In this document: piece after piece, positions 1 through 9,219 of the stretch
Layout: the number at the start of each line of letters is the position of its first letter
How positions within the stretch are numbered: the stretch's first letter is position 1
NCBI GenBank assembly: GCA_016182285.1
Contig: JACOXQ010000028.1
Coordinates: forward strand, 1 to 31,675
Direction: 5' to 3'
Length of the DNA stretch: 31,675 nucleotides
Source of the DNA: Candidatus Kaiserbacteria bacterium
GTDB taxonomy: Bacteria > Patescibacteriota > Minisyncoccia > Phycocordibacterales > Phycocordibacteraceae
Position numbers and translations under genes: made by a program
The notes under the pieces: generated by a model
Databases searched by the model: none
Told to the model about the DNA's origin: nothing
Seen by the model: the letters and a program-made list of their open reading frames with translations, nothing else

Positions 1-1137
1 TTATTTGTCTCAAACGACTCTACGATATTTGATGCGGCGAGCGCCGCGCGCGCGCGGATGCGCGCGTATGCCGTGGCGATAGGCGAACTGCATATCGTCT
101 CTTCTGCAGATAGAGATGCGAGAGAAGAACAAGACGGAAATTTATTTTTACATCCGATACACACGTGGAAAATTTTCAGAGTTCGTGCGCTAGCGAAGCG
201 AGCGCACGAACTCATTCTGAAACACGACATTGAAGTCGTCTCCGCGCAGGACCCATTTGAACATGGACTAGCAGCCCTGCGGGCAATATCCAAAACTCAA
301 GCGCCAAAACCCAAACTGCACATTCAAGTGCACACGGACTTTCTCTCCCCATGGTTTATAAAAAGCGGGAATTGGCGCAGTCCTCGCGTGCGTATGCCGC
401 TCCTAAATCGCTGGCGCCGAAGAATCGCAGACGAAGTTTTGCAGAAGGCAGACGGCATTCGCGTTGTATCCGAGCGGGTGAAGGTGTCACTTGTCGCGCA
501 GTACGGGGACAGAATAAAAGAGCCGTCAGTAATACCGGTAACGGTTGATGCAAACGTTCCTGCTCCGGTACGCCTGCCGGAGCACCAGTTCACTTTTTCT
601 CTCATCACAGTCGGACGCTTGGAGCCGGAGAAGCGCATTGAAGACATTTTGGCGGCGCTCGCGCTCGTCGCCAAGCAGTATCCGATGGTCGGGCTCTTTA
701 TTGTCGGGGAAGGTAGCGAGCGAAATCGGCTGGAGAGAATGGCGCGCACCCTAGGCCTCGCTGACAGGGTTGTATTCCTCGGTAGTCGTCAGGACGCACG
801 CGGTTTGGTAGCGAGCGCGCAGGCGTTTATTCAGGCGAGCGCATACGAGGGCTATAGCCGGACGCTCATAGAAGCGGCGCTCGCGAAGGTTCCAATTATC
901 ACGACAGATGTAGGCATAGTCGGCGAAGTGTTCAAAGGCTATGAAGACGTTCTCTCTGTTCCTGTCGCCGACCCCACCGCGCTCTCGCTCCATATCGTCG
1001 GGCTCATTGAAGACAATGCGGTGCGGCACCAGCTCCCGCTCCGCGCCGAAGAAGCTGTCAGAGCGCACCTCGCCAATGTAGGAGATATTTCGGCTCGTAT
1101 TGCCACGGATTTCGCACAAATACTAAAGCATAAATGA
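1..1137 (+). CDS. GT4 family glycosyltransferase (5' end truncated by window)
   Basis: Frame is open from position 1 (LFVSNDSTIFDAASAARARM...), so the true start probably lies just upstream of the ATG at 58. GT-B/GT4 C-terminal motifs TVGRLEPEKRIED, FIVGEGSER and the EX7E-type YEGYSRTLIEA. TGA stop overlaps the next ATG (ATGA 1134-1137). Confidence 0.9.
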   Translation, partial: LFVSNDSTIFDAASAARARMRAYAVAIGELHIVSSADRDAREEQDGNLFLHPIHTWKIFRVRALAKRAHELILKHDIEVVSAQDPFEHGLAALRAISKTQAPKPKLHIQVHTDFLSPWFIKSGNWRSPRVRMPLLNRWRRRIADEVLQKADGIRVVSERVKVSLVAQYGDRIKEPSVIPVTVDANVPAPVRLPEHQFTFSLITVGRLEPEKRIEDILAALALVAKQYPMVGLFIVGEGSERNRLERMARTLGLADRVVFLGSRQDARGLVASAQAFIQASAYEGYSRTLIEAALAKVPIITTDVGIVGEVFKGYEDVLSVPVADPTALSLHIVGLIEDNAVRHQLPLRAEEAVRAHLANVGDISARIATDFAQILKHK

Positions 1138-2030
1138 AATTACTTATCTGTACACAGACAGTTGATAGCCAAGATTCGCATCTTGGATTTTTCGTGCGAT
1201 GGATAGAAGAGTTCGCGAAACATTGCGAGAAAGTGACAGTTATTTGTTTGCGCGAAGGGAAGCACGAGTTGCCGGCGAATGTGAAAGTGTACGAGATTGG
1301 GAAAGCAATTGGCGGTATGCAGAAAGCAGTGCGACTTGTTTCTCTTGTGTGGAGATTGCGTAAAGAATACGACGCAGTTTTTGTGCATATGAATCCGGAA
1401 TACATAGTTGTTGCAGGAGTTTTTTGGAGGCTTATGCACAAACGTATCGCGCTCTGGTACACGCACAAGAGCGTCAATCTGAAATTGCGAATCGCAACTC
1501 TCCTTGCGCACGTAGTGTTTACGGCATCCAAAGAAAGTTTTCGTCTCAAAAGCAACAAGGTCAAAGTTATGGGACACGGAATAGACACAGACTTCTTTTC
1601 TCCGGACCAAACAGCCGCGCGCGGAGATTGGGCGCTCTCCGTCGGGCGGCTTATGAAAAGCAAGCGACACGATTTGGCTATCCGAGCTACGGTACAAGAA
1701 GATAAGGAGCTACGCATTATTGGTGACGGACCCGAACAAAGACATCTTGAAGCGCTTGTGCATGAACTCGGAGCCAGAGTGCGTTTCTTAGGCGGTCTTA
1801 CACAAGCCCAACTGCGTAATGAATACCGGAAAGCCGCATATCTCATACATACGAGCGAAACGGGAAGTTTGGACAAAGTAGTCCTTGAAGCGCTCGCCTG
1901 CGGTATGCACATTCATACAAATGACACTGCCCTCAAGACGCTAGAAAACGAGAGCCCAGAATATGTAAGAGAACATCATTCGCTCCAGCGCCTCGTACCA
2001 GCGATATTGAACGCTCTGCAAACCGTGTAA
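1134..2030 (+). CDS. GT4 family glycosyltransferase (compact, 298 aa)
   Basis: SVGRLMKSKRHDLAI, IIGDGPEQ, SETGSLDKVVLEALACG; N-terminal GT-B domain with VFVHM and WYTH. Confidence 0.88.
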   Translation: MKLLICTQTVDSQDSHLGFFVRWIEEFAKHCEKVTVICLREGKHELPANVKVYEIGKAIGGMQKAVRLVSLVWRLRKEYDAVFVHMNPEYIVVAGVFWRLMHKRIALWYTHKSVNLKLRIATLLAHVVFTASKESFRLKSNKVKVMGHGIDTDFFSPDQTAARGDWALSVGRLMKSKRHDLAIRATVQEDKELRIIGDGPEQRHLEALVHELGARVRFLGGLTQAQLRNEYRKAAYLIHTSETGSLDKVVLEALACGMHIHTNDTALKTLENESPEYVREHHSLQRLVPAILNALQTV

Positions 2031-2055
2031 GCCTTATGCCCATCATAGAGGCGCG

Positions 2056-2064
2056 TGATATACT
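2056..2064 (+). promoter_or_regulatory. Extended -10 promoter element (TGaTATACT) upstream of the GtrA-family gene
   Basis: TGnTAnnnT match in the 49-bp intergenic gap, 15 nt before ATG 2080. Confidence 0.55.
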
Positions 2065-2079
2065 GCGAACATTTATCGT

Positions 2080-2514
2080 ATGATAGGAAGAGCAAAAGAC
2101 CTGTATACGCAGTTTGATGAGCGGTATCCGACACACGCGCGAATTTTTCGCTTTCTGCTTTCCGGCGGGACGGCGTTCAGTACCGACATAGTACTACTTT
2201 ATCTCTTTACCGATATCTTCGGCGTCTGGTATCTTGCATCCGCAATAATTGCTTTCATTTTCGCGTTTTTTGTTAGTTTCATTCTCCATAAATTCTGGAC
2301 GTTCGGCGACCGTTCGCGGGACGCTATGCATATGCAAATGGGAATTTATTTTCTTGTCGCGATTGTCAATCTGGCTCTGAACACGCTTTTTGTCTATGTG
2401 TTTGTCGAGTGGGTCGGATTACATTACATCATTGCACAAGTGGTGGCGAGCCTCCTTATAGCTGTCGAGAGCTTTTTCGTTTACCAGCGTTTTATATTTA
2501 AAAATACGATATGA
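2080..2514 (+). CDS. GtrA family protein (small polyprenol-P-sugar translocase-like membrane protein)
   Basis: 144 aa with about 4 hydrophobic segments; RFLLSGG...D, SFILHKFWTF and YQRFIF pattern typical of GtrA. Confidence 0.88.
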   Translation: MIGRAKDLYTQFDERYPTHARIFRFLLSGGTAFSTDIVLLYLFTDIFGVWYLASAIIAFIFAFFVSFILHKFWTFGDRSRDAMHMQMGIYFLVAIVNLALNTLFVYVFVEWVGLHYIIAQVVASLLIAVESFFVYQRFIFKNTI

Positions 2515-4166
2515 AACGGGGAACGCACCCGCTTCTTATAGGACTTTTAATTCTTTTCGTTGCAGTGCGCCTGCCAGGACTCTCTACACCATATCAACAA
2601 GACGAATTCAAGTTCGCAGTGGCTGCCGAATCTGGATTCGCCCAAGCAAGCGCCTTTGCTACTCATCCGCCCCTGACAGCGTTCTTATATTACTCTGACG
2701 CACAAGTGTTCGGCGGGTCTAATATGCGCGTCATGCCGCTCCTGTTCGGTCTCATCTCGGCATTTCTTCTTTTTGCGGTCGTGCGCAGAAGAGTCGATGA
2801 ACGTGCGGCGTTGTGGTCGGTATTTTTATACTCCGTTTCCTTTTACGGAGTTTGGGCGTCTCTCATGTTGGATACGGACGGTGCCATTTTGCCCACATTT
2901 TTTCTTGCGGCGTTATACTGTTATGACCGCGCAAAAAGCGAAAGTAGGCGCGCAATATGGGTATTTTTTCTTACGCTTGCACTTATTACCGGATTGCTTG
3001 TCAAACTTTCGTTTGTACTCGTAGCAGGAGCGCTTGTCGCGGACTTCTTGTTCGAAAAACGCAGAGACCTCACAGTAGCGCATATAAACTACTTTGTGGC
3101 TGTCACACTGGCGTTCATCTTTCTCACTGGCGCAGCTTTTGTCGCAATCAAGCTCCTCAATCCAGCATTCACAATAGGCGGCATGGTTACCCATGTACTG
3201 TACTACGCGCATCTGTCCGGGAGAAATTATTTACAAGTTGTTATTCAGAGCATTAAGGCCGTTTTTTATTTGTCGCCGCTTCTTATAGCCCCACTCCTTT
3301 TTGTCTCAAAGGATATATTGAAGAAAGTAACACCGTTTCTCTGGTATCTTGCGCTCGGTTTCGTATTTTATTTCATTCTTTTTGACTTCTCTCGCGGCGC
3401 TTTGGACAAATATCTTATGTTCACCATCGTTCCGTTGTGCGTTATCTCCGGAGCCGCGCTCTCCTCATGTTTCGTTTCTTTTTCTCCGCGCGGACATATG
3501 CGTGCGATTATCGCCGGGCTGCTTATTTCAATAGCGCTTATCGCGCTCTTGTTCACGTCGCCTGAAACAGTGTCGTTGTATCCAAAGACCGAATGGTTCT
3601 CGCGCGTGATTCGCTTTGACTGGAACATGCTTACGGCGTTTAACGGCGGTTCTGGTCCTGCCGGTTTTTATGTATCGTTCCTTTTCATCGCGTACTCGTT
3701 CCTTGTGGCGGGTGCATCCGCACTCGCAGGGCGCATTTATAAACCGTTACTAGCCGCGGCGGCCGTGGTGATGGTCTGCACCGGTATAGTGTACAACGCG
3801 GTCTTTATAGAGGAGTTCAGCTTCGGGAAAGTCTATGGAAACGCAGAAACGGCGCTCGTGCCAGCGCTCGCCTATCTGGCGACGACAGATGCCGTAACAA
3901 GAGTCAATACGCATAACGATATAGGAGCATATGAACTGAAGCATATTGGCAAATATGCTTCGCACTTCACTGCTGCTCCGCAATTTGAGTATGTTGCGCG
4001 CGAACATCTTCCGACATTTGATGGCGCGTTTCTTGTGGTTGATATTCCTCCTCTATATGACGGCTTCTATACTGATTTCTTTAATTCGTGTACCATTCTC
4101 TTTACGGCGCGATCCGGCTTCATTACCAGCACTGTCTATTCTTCATGTACCTGGACGAAGGAGTAA
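2511..4166 (+). CDS. Multi-pass GT-C fold glycosyltransferase (ArnT/PMT-like)
   Basis: 551 aa, many TM segments; N-terminal loop QQDE acidic motif followed by HPPL and MRVMPLLFG; later DTDG and LLVK; soluble C-terminal tail. ATGA overlap with the upstream gene. Confidence 0.8.
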   Translation: MKRGTHPLLIGLLILFVAVRLPGLSTPYQQDEFKFAVAAESGFAQASAFATHPPLTAFLYYSDAQVFGGSNMRVMPLLFGLISAFLLFAVVRRRVDERAALWSVFLYSVSFYGVWASLMLDTDGAILPTFFLAALYCYDRAKSESRRAIWVFFLTLALITGLLVKLSFVLVAGALVADFLFEKRRDLTVAHINYFVAVTLAFIFLTGAAFVAIKLLNPAFTIGGMVTHVLYYAHLSGRNYLQVVIQSIKAVFYLSPLLIAPLLFVSKDILKKVTPFLWYLALGFVFYFILFDFSRGALDKYLMFTIVPLCVISGAALSSCFVSFSPRGHMRAIIAGLLISIALIALLFTSPETVSLYPKTEWFSRVIRFDWNMLTAFNGGSGPAGFYVSFLFIAYSFLVAGASALAGRIYKPLLAAAAVVMVCTGIVYNAVFIEEFSFGKVYGNAETALVPALAYLATTDAVTRVNTHNDIGAYELKHIGKYASHFTAAPQFEYVAREHLPTFDGAFLVVDIPPLYDGFYTDFFNSCTILFTARSGFITSTVYSSCTWTKE

Positions 4167-5398
4167 CAAAGCACGGCCGTTTTTATCATCAGTATGTCGA
4201 CAGGCTACTGCGTTTTCTCGTTCCAAATGGTAAAGCGGTTGGCACACTGGACAAGTCGTTCCGAGGTCTTGAAGCCGGTCGGAAATATGACTACATAGTC
4301 CTGTCGGACATACTCGGATATGCTCAAGATATTGAAGAATTCTTACAGAGTGTACATGGCGCTCTCGTTGCCGATGGGCGGGTGGTGATTACACAGTACA
4401 ACTCCCTTTGGGAACCCGTCCTGCGCATCGCGTCGGCGCTTCGGTTGCGTGCGCCGTCTGTAGAACAGAACTGGCTTTCGCCGCACGACCTCCATAATTT
4501 CCTATATCTAGCTGGTTTCGAAACGATAAGCAGTGGTAATAAAATGCTGATGCCGGTGTATGTTCCTTTGTTATCTGCTCTTTGCAATACGATACTCGCG
4601 AACATCTGGCCCTTCTCCAAGCTCGGCCTCATTCACTACGTCGTCGCCCGTCCTCTGACAAGCGCCGGAACGGACAATCCTTCGCTCTCCATAGTAGTCC
4701 CTGCTCGCAACGAAGCGGGAACCATAGAGCGCATCGTCAAAGAACTGCCATCGCTGGGCTCATTTACGGAAATTATTTTTATTGAGGGTCACTCGAGGGA
4801 CAATACGCTTGCGGAAATAAAACGTGTGGCAAAACAGTACGGAAAAGAGAAACGGATTAGCTTTGCAGTTCAAGACGGCAAAGGGAAGGGAGACGCTGTT
4901 CGTAAAGGTTTTGATATGGCTACCGGCGACATTCTCGCAATTTATGACGCCGATATGACTGTCCCTCCAGAAGACGTTAATAAATTCTATCGTGCGATCG
5001 CGAGCGGTCGTGGGGAATTTATCAATGGCTCGCGTCTGGTGTATCCGGTTGAGAAGGGGGCGATGCGCGTCCTCAACTTTTTTGGCAATAAATTCTTCAG
5101 CCTTGCTTTCACCGCAATCCTCGGCCAGCCACTCAAGGACACGCTCTGCGGGACCAAGATGCTGTGGAAGAAGGATTACGAGGGCATTAAAGAAAATCGC
5201 GCGTTCTTCGGCGACTTTGACCCATTCGGCGACTTCGACCTCATGTTCGGCGCGGCGAAACTGAATCTGAAGATTGTTGAAATGCCGGTGCGCTATAAAG
5301 AGCGCGTGTACGGAGAAACGAACATCAGTCGGTGGAGCCACGGCTGGCTCCTCCTTCAAATGACGGTCTTTGCCGCCCGTAAGCTCAAGTTCTGGTAA
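4145..5398 (+). CDS. GT2 glycosyltransferase (polyprenol-phosphate sugar synthase-like) with a degenerate N-terminal methyltransferase-like domain
   Basis: C-terminal GT2: SIVVPARNEAGTI, EGHSRDNT, GKGKGDAVRKG, IYDADMT, DTLCGTK. N-terminus RFYHQY...RFLVP and YDYIVLSDILGY resembles methyltransferase-GT2 fusions. Start placed at ATG 4145 rather than 4088 to limit overlap with the GT-C gene; start uncertain. Confidence 0.85.
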   Translation: MYLDEGVTKHGRFYHQYVDRLLRFLVPNGKAVGTLDKSFRGLEAGRKYDYIVLSDILGYAQDIEEFLQSVHGALVADGRVVITQYNSLWEPVLRIASALRLRAPSVEQNWLSPHDLHNFLYLAGFETISSGNKMLMPVYVPLLSALCNTILANIWPFSKLGLIHYVVARPLTSAGTDNPSLSIVVPARNEAGTIERIVKELPSLGSFTEIIFIEGHSRDNTLAEIKRVAKQYGKEKRISFAVQDGKGKGDAVRKGFDMATGDILAIYDADMTVPPEDVNKFYRAIASGRGEFINGSRLVYPVEKGAMRVLNFFGNKFFSLAFTAILGQPLKDTLCGTKMLWKKDYEGIKENRAFFGDFDPFGDFDLMFGAAKLNLKIVEMPVRYKERVYGETNISRWSHGWLLLQMTVFAARKLKFW

Positions 5399-5419
5399 GG
5401 CAGTATACTAGCGACACGC

Positions 5420-6877
5420 ATGAGCACGAAACTTCATACAATACTTCTTGTTCTTCTTTTTGTGGTCGCCGGTTTTTTTGCGACATATCATCTTACCGAG
5501 AGCCCGCCTGTGTGGATGGACGAGGGGATATTCACGCAGGCCGCGGCAAATCTGGCAACATATGGTCAAACAGGATTGCGCGTTTCGCCGGACACGATTG
5601 AACCCTCTTCTAAACTTATAACAGTCGGTTATCCTTTCATGTATCCTCTCGCAGGCTGGTTTAAAATGTTCGACATAAGCATTCTTTCTGCGCGCTCGCT
5701 TATGGCGGTATTCATTATCGGATTCCTTCTTGTCAGCTATTTTTTCGTGAGGCGCCTGTTTGGTCCATGGCAAGCTCTTGGTTCACTTGCACTTATAGCG
5801 ACACTTCCAACACTCTATGGCAATGGGAAAAGTGTCTTGGGCGAAGTGCCGGGGTTGTTGTACCTGGTCGCTTCGCTTGTCTGCTTGTGCGTTGCTCGCG
5901 GACGCGTAACGCAGCGGTACTTATGGTTCGTGCTCGCCGGGTTGTTTGCAGGCCTCTCCGTCGCCACCAAACCGATTTTTGTACTGCTCGTTCCGGCCGC
6001 GCTCATTGGATTTTATATTGCATGGAGACGGCATGAAATGACAGTGATGGAAGTTGGCGCCGCTATCGGCGCGGGGCTGGCACCCATATTCGCATGGCTC
6101 ATTCTGCAGTTCCGCGTCAGCGATTCGGCGGGAAGTTTGCTGTCCTTTTATGTGAATCATTATCAGATAACAGACTGGTGGAGCACGATATTCGCAAATC
6201 TTCGCAATCTCGTAACCGACATCGGTCCGCTCTACCTGCTCGTCGTTCTCTCGCTATGGCTCGTCGCATACGGCATCCGGCTACGCCGACAGGAACGCAT
6301 ACCTGTGGAAGAGCATATTGTACTCGCATTCTCAGTCATTACTTTGCTGGGCTATCTGACAACGGCCGGATGGTATCGGTACCTTTTTGAAGCACAAACG
6401 TTGTCACTTCTCTTTCTCCCAAACACGCTCGCGCTCATAGCGCGAAGCGTATGCAACGGTCGATATTTGGAGAAATTAGCGATTTCTGTCATTGTCGTGT
6501 TATCTTTGTTTGGAGCATATCAGGTCATGTTCAGTTCGTTTGTCGCCGAGTCATACGGGCGGCGTCAGACAGCGAACTGGGAAGAGTATTTCAGAACAGC
6601 ATCCCCCTCGGCCTCTTTTTTCTTCTATGACGCCCCTGAAGTGGCATTCTTTGCGCAAGGGACTAAATATTATCAATATCTCAATCCGTATGATGGCATA
6701 GGCATCTTTGTCCCGGGATGGGATATCGGCAGTGCGCAACGGTCGGTCCTTACGCAGGGCAATGCAGATGTAGTCATCCTCCCGCCGGCGATCTATGAAA
6801 AAGAGAAAGACAATCTCTTCTCTGCATACGAGATTGATCGGGCGATACATAATTATTTCTTCTTGAAGAAAAAATGA
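5420..6877 (+). CDS. Second multi-pass GT-C fold glycosyltransferase (ArnT/PMT-like)
   Basis: 485 aa; PPVWMDEG first-loop motif, TVGYP, ARSL, LGEVPG, ATKP, and WYRY in a late loop; many TM segments. Confidence 0.82.
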   Translation: MSTKLHTILLVLLFVVAGFFATYHLTESPPVWMDEGIFTQAAANLATYGQTGLRVSPDTIEPSSKLITVGYPFMYPLAGWFKMFDISILSARSLMAVFIIGFLLVSYFFVRRLFGPWQALGSLALIATLPTLYGNGKSVLGEVPGLLYLVASLVCLCVARGRVTQRYLWFVLAGLFAGLSVATKPIFVLLVPAALIGFYIAWRRHEMTVMEVGAAIGAGLAPIFAWLILQFRVSDSAGSLLSFYVNHYQITDWWSTIFANLRNLVTDIGPLYLLVVLSLWLVAYGIRLRRQERIPVEEHIVLAFSVITLLGYLTTAGWYRYLFEAQTLSLLFLPNTLALIARSVCNGRYLEKLAISVIVVLSLFGAYQVMFSSFVAESYGRRQTANWEEYFRTASPSASFFFYDAPEVAFFAQGTKYYQYLNPYDGIGIFVPGWDIGSAQRSVLTQGNADVVILPPAIYEKEKDNLFSAYEIDRAIHNYFFLKKK

Positions 6878-7584
6878 AAAAAGAAGCTTTTGATTTACTG
6901 CGGGAGGCGGAGCATTCATGGTGGTACAAGGGGAGGGCTCTGGCAATCCGCGCAACTCTCGCGCGCTCTCATGTCGCCACAACGGTCGAATCAGCACTCG
7001 ATTTTGGAGCTGGGTTCGGCGGCATGTATACCGAACTTGCACGCTTAAGTCAGCGAGTGTACGCATTTGAACCAGATGCGGGCGCTCGCACTACCGCGGC
7101 ACAACAAGGGTACGTTTCCAGCTACACGACTGCTGCAGAAGCGTTGTCCAAACAGTACGGTCTTATAGGGCTCTTTGACGTTATTGAACACATTGAAGAC
7201 GACACAGCATTTCTCACGTCGCTTCGCGATGCACTTATACAGGGTGGACTACTCGCCATCACCGTGCCTGCATTTCAATTTTTATGGAGCGAACATGATG
7301 TCGAGCATCAACATTTCCGTCGCTACAACAAACGTTCTTTGTCCAAGCTTCTTTTGGGCGCTGGCTACGAGATTCTCGCGATAAGTTATTGGAATACGCT
7401 GCTGTTTCTGCCTGCCGCTCTCGTCCGCCTATTCGGTCGATCGGGCTCTTCCGCACTTGGTTTTTCTGGATTCATCAATACCCTTTTATTATTTGTGGTA
7501 AACATAGAATCAAAAATCTTGCGCTTCTGCGCGCTCCCTTTCGGGGTAAGTCTCGTCGTTGTCGCACGAAAACGCGAACTATGA
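6874..7584 (+). CDS. Class I SAM-dependent methyltransferase
   Basis: EHSWWYKGR, motif I ALDFGAGFG, LFDVIEHIEDD, ITVPA...LWSEHD...HFRRY; a family common in glycan loci. ATGA overlaps at both ends. Confidence 0.9.
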   Translation: MKKEAFDLLREAEHSWWYKGRALAIRATLARSHVATTVESALDFGAGFGGMYTELARLSQRVYAFEPDAGARTTAAQQGYVSSYTTAAEALSKQYGLIGLFDVIEHIEDDTAFLTSLRDALIQGGLLAITVPAFQFLWSEHDVEHQHFRRYNKRSLSKLLLGAGYEILAISYWNTLLFLPAALVRLFGRSGSSALGFSGFINTLLLFVVNIESKILRFCALPFGVSLVVVARKREL

Positions 7585-8438
7585 AGACCCTCGTTACAAT
7601 TGTCGCAGATGATTTTGGCCTCACGCGCGGCATTACCGATACGATACTTAAAGTTATTGACGAAGGGCCGGTACGGCTGGTGAGCATCCTCGTGAATGGC
7701 GAGGCGGTTGAGTATGCGTTGTCTGAATATAAAAAACGTTCTGACCGCCTAAAGCTCGCCGTACATCTGAACCTAACAGAAGGTAAAGCTCTTTCGGCTC
7801 CGCGGGATATTCCGCATTTGGTTGATACTCGCGGTATGTTTGTCCACTCAATCGTGAGTCTCTGGCTCTCGTACCTGTTTGGCACGCGCGCGAAGCGCGC
7901 GAAGCTCCGCCGCGAAGTACGCACTGAAATGGCGGCCCAGTGCGCGGTGGTGCGCACCGCGCTTGGCACGGATGCGCTCGCCGTGAACGGCCACCAACAT
8001 GTGCATATGATACCGTTCGTTTTTGAAGAACTTATGGCTATAAGAGGAGTGGACGCCGTGCGCATCGTTCGGGAAAACTTCTTTTTGTGCGGTATACCGT
8101 CTCCGGTGTATGTGCTCGCTCGATTTGTGCTCGCGCTTCTGTCCACGCGCGCCACGCGAAATGCCCGCGCACGCGGGATTCGGACGAACGATTGGTTTGT
8201 CGGGTTTCTCTACTCCGGGCACATGGATGAACATAAAGCGCGCGCGGGCATTGCTCACGCGGGAGAGGGCTTGGTAGAGATACTTTTTCACCCCGGGAAC
8301 GCGCGCGATGGGGAATTGCACGAATGGAGGGAATGCCGTGCTATTATCGCGTGGCACTACGCGAACGCTCGCCGGCGCGAACGCGAAGCGCTCAAAAAGA
8401 TTCAGGCGAATGGGCACATTGATTTTGTGTTACAATAA
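7581..8438 (+). CDS. ChbG/HpnK (YdjC-like) carbohydrate deacetylase
   Basis: IVADDFGL, VHLNLTEG, NGHQHVH and EILFHPG motifs. Real start ATG 7581 (ATGA overlap); the ORF-track extension to 7389 overlaps the methyltransferase. Confidence 0.88.
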   Translation: MKTLVTIVADDFGLTRGITDTILKVIDEGPVRLVSILVNGEAVEYALSEYKKRSDRLKLAVHLNLTEGKALSAPRDIPHLVDTRGMFVHSIVSLWLSYLFGTRAKRAKLRREVRTEMAAQCAVVRTALGTDALAVNGHQHVHMIPFVFEELMAIRGVDAVRIVRENFFLCGIPSPVYVLARFVLALLSTRATRNARARGIRTNDWFVGFLYSGHMDEHKARAGIAHAGEGLVEILFHPGNARDGELHEWRECRAIIAWHYANARRREREALKKIQANGHIDFVLQ

Positions 8439-8447
8439 AACGCTCAT

Positions 8448-9176
8448 ATGATATCTATTGTTATTCCGTTCTACAACGAGGAGAAACGTTTGCGCGAATA
8501 TTTCGACCCTTTCTTTGAACATATGTGCCGCGCGCTGGATGAGTTCGAATGTATCGCTGTTGACGACGGCTCTACGGATCGCACGCGAGAAATGTTGCTT
8601 GAGCGCGCGGCGCAGAACCCGCAGCTGGTCATTGCTGGCTACACCGTGAACCAAGGTCGCAGTGCGGCGGTGCGCACCGGTATGTTTAAGGCGAAAGGAG
8701 ATTTTGTGTGGGAGACCGATGCAGATGCATCATACGATGTCTCGCAATGCATAATGTTTCAGAAGTATTTAGACGAGCATCCCGAGTGCGATGTCGTTAT
8801 CGCAACGCGCGAACACAGACATTCGCGCGCGGTAGTGAATCAGCCGCCGCTCCGAATCTTTGCAGGGAAAGGTTTCCGCTGGCTCTTTCGTGTCGGTACG
8901 GGCATTTTGTTTTCGGATGTGATGGCCGGTTGTAAAATGTATCGCAGGGACGCCGCGGCAGATATCTTCGCTCATCAGTATGATAATCGGCATGTCGGCC
9001 CCGCCGAAACGGTATATGTGGCTACGAGACGCGGCTACACGGTGCATGAACTCCCCGTCACCTGGACGGATATTTCGACCTCCAATATTAAATACATACG
9101 AGATACGATCAGGACCCTGAAAGGCCTTATGGGCATAGTTATCCGCACGTTAGAGGGGAAGTATGACTCACCGTGA
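8448..9176 (+). CDS. GT2 glycosyltransferase, dolichol/undecaprenyl-phosphate hexose synthase-like
   Basis: SIVIPFYNEEKRL, VDDGSTDRT, NQGRSAAVRTG, ETDAD (DxD), DVMAGCKMY; 242 aa with no TM tail. Confidence 0.9.
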   Translation: MISIVIPFYNEEKRLREYFDPFFEHMCRALDEFECIAVDDGSTDRTREMLLERAAQNPQLVIAGYTVNQGRSAAVRTGMFKAKGDFVWETDADASYDVSQCIMFQKYLDEHPECDVVIATREHRHSRAVVNQPPLRIFAGKGFRWLFRVGTGILFSDVMAGCKMYRRDAAADIFAHQYDNRHVGPAETVYVATRRGYTVHELPVTWTDISTSNIKYIRDTIRTLKGLMGIVIRTLEGKYDSP

Positions 9177-9201
9177 TGTATTTTACGGATACGCGAGGTC
9201 A

Positions 9202-9210
9202 TGGTAACGT
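9202..9210 (+). promoter_or_regulatory. Extended -10 element (TGgTAACGT)
   Basis: TGnTAnnnT in the 43-bp gap, ending 9 nt before ATG 9220. Confidence 0.4.
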
Positions 9211-9219
9211 AGCAATCAC

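Noticed and set aside
38-66. GCGC-rich low-complexity run, and the short GCGCGAAGC duplication near 7885-7905
   Set aside because: Both encode Ala/Arg-rich helices (AARARMRA, RAKRAK) in frame; no spacers or regular period, so not CRISPR or a VNTR.
1058-1912. 284-aa minus-strand ORF, and similar long antisense ORFs at 7475-8155, 20949-21554, 22498-23094, 23104-23877 and 29253-30116
   Set aside because: All lie opposite motif-bearing genes in GC-rich coding DNA and have Ser/Arg-rich, motif-free translations.
1134-2030. Short GT4 as a possible pseudogene
   Set aside because: Frame is intact with both GT-B lobes and the catalytic-region motif; compact size alone is not evidence of decay.
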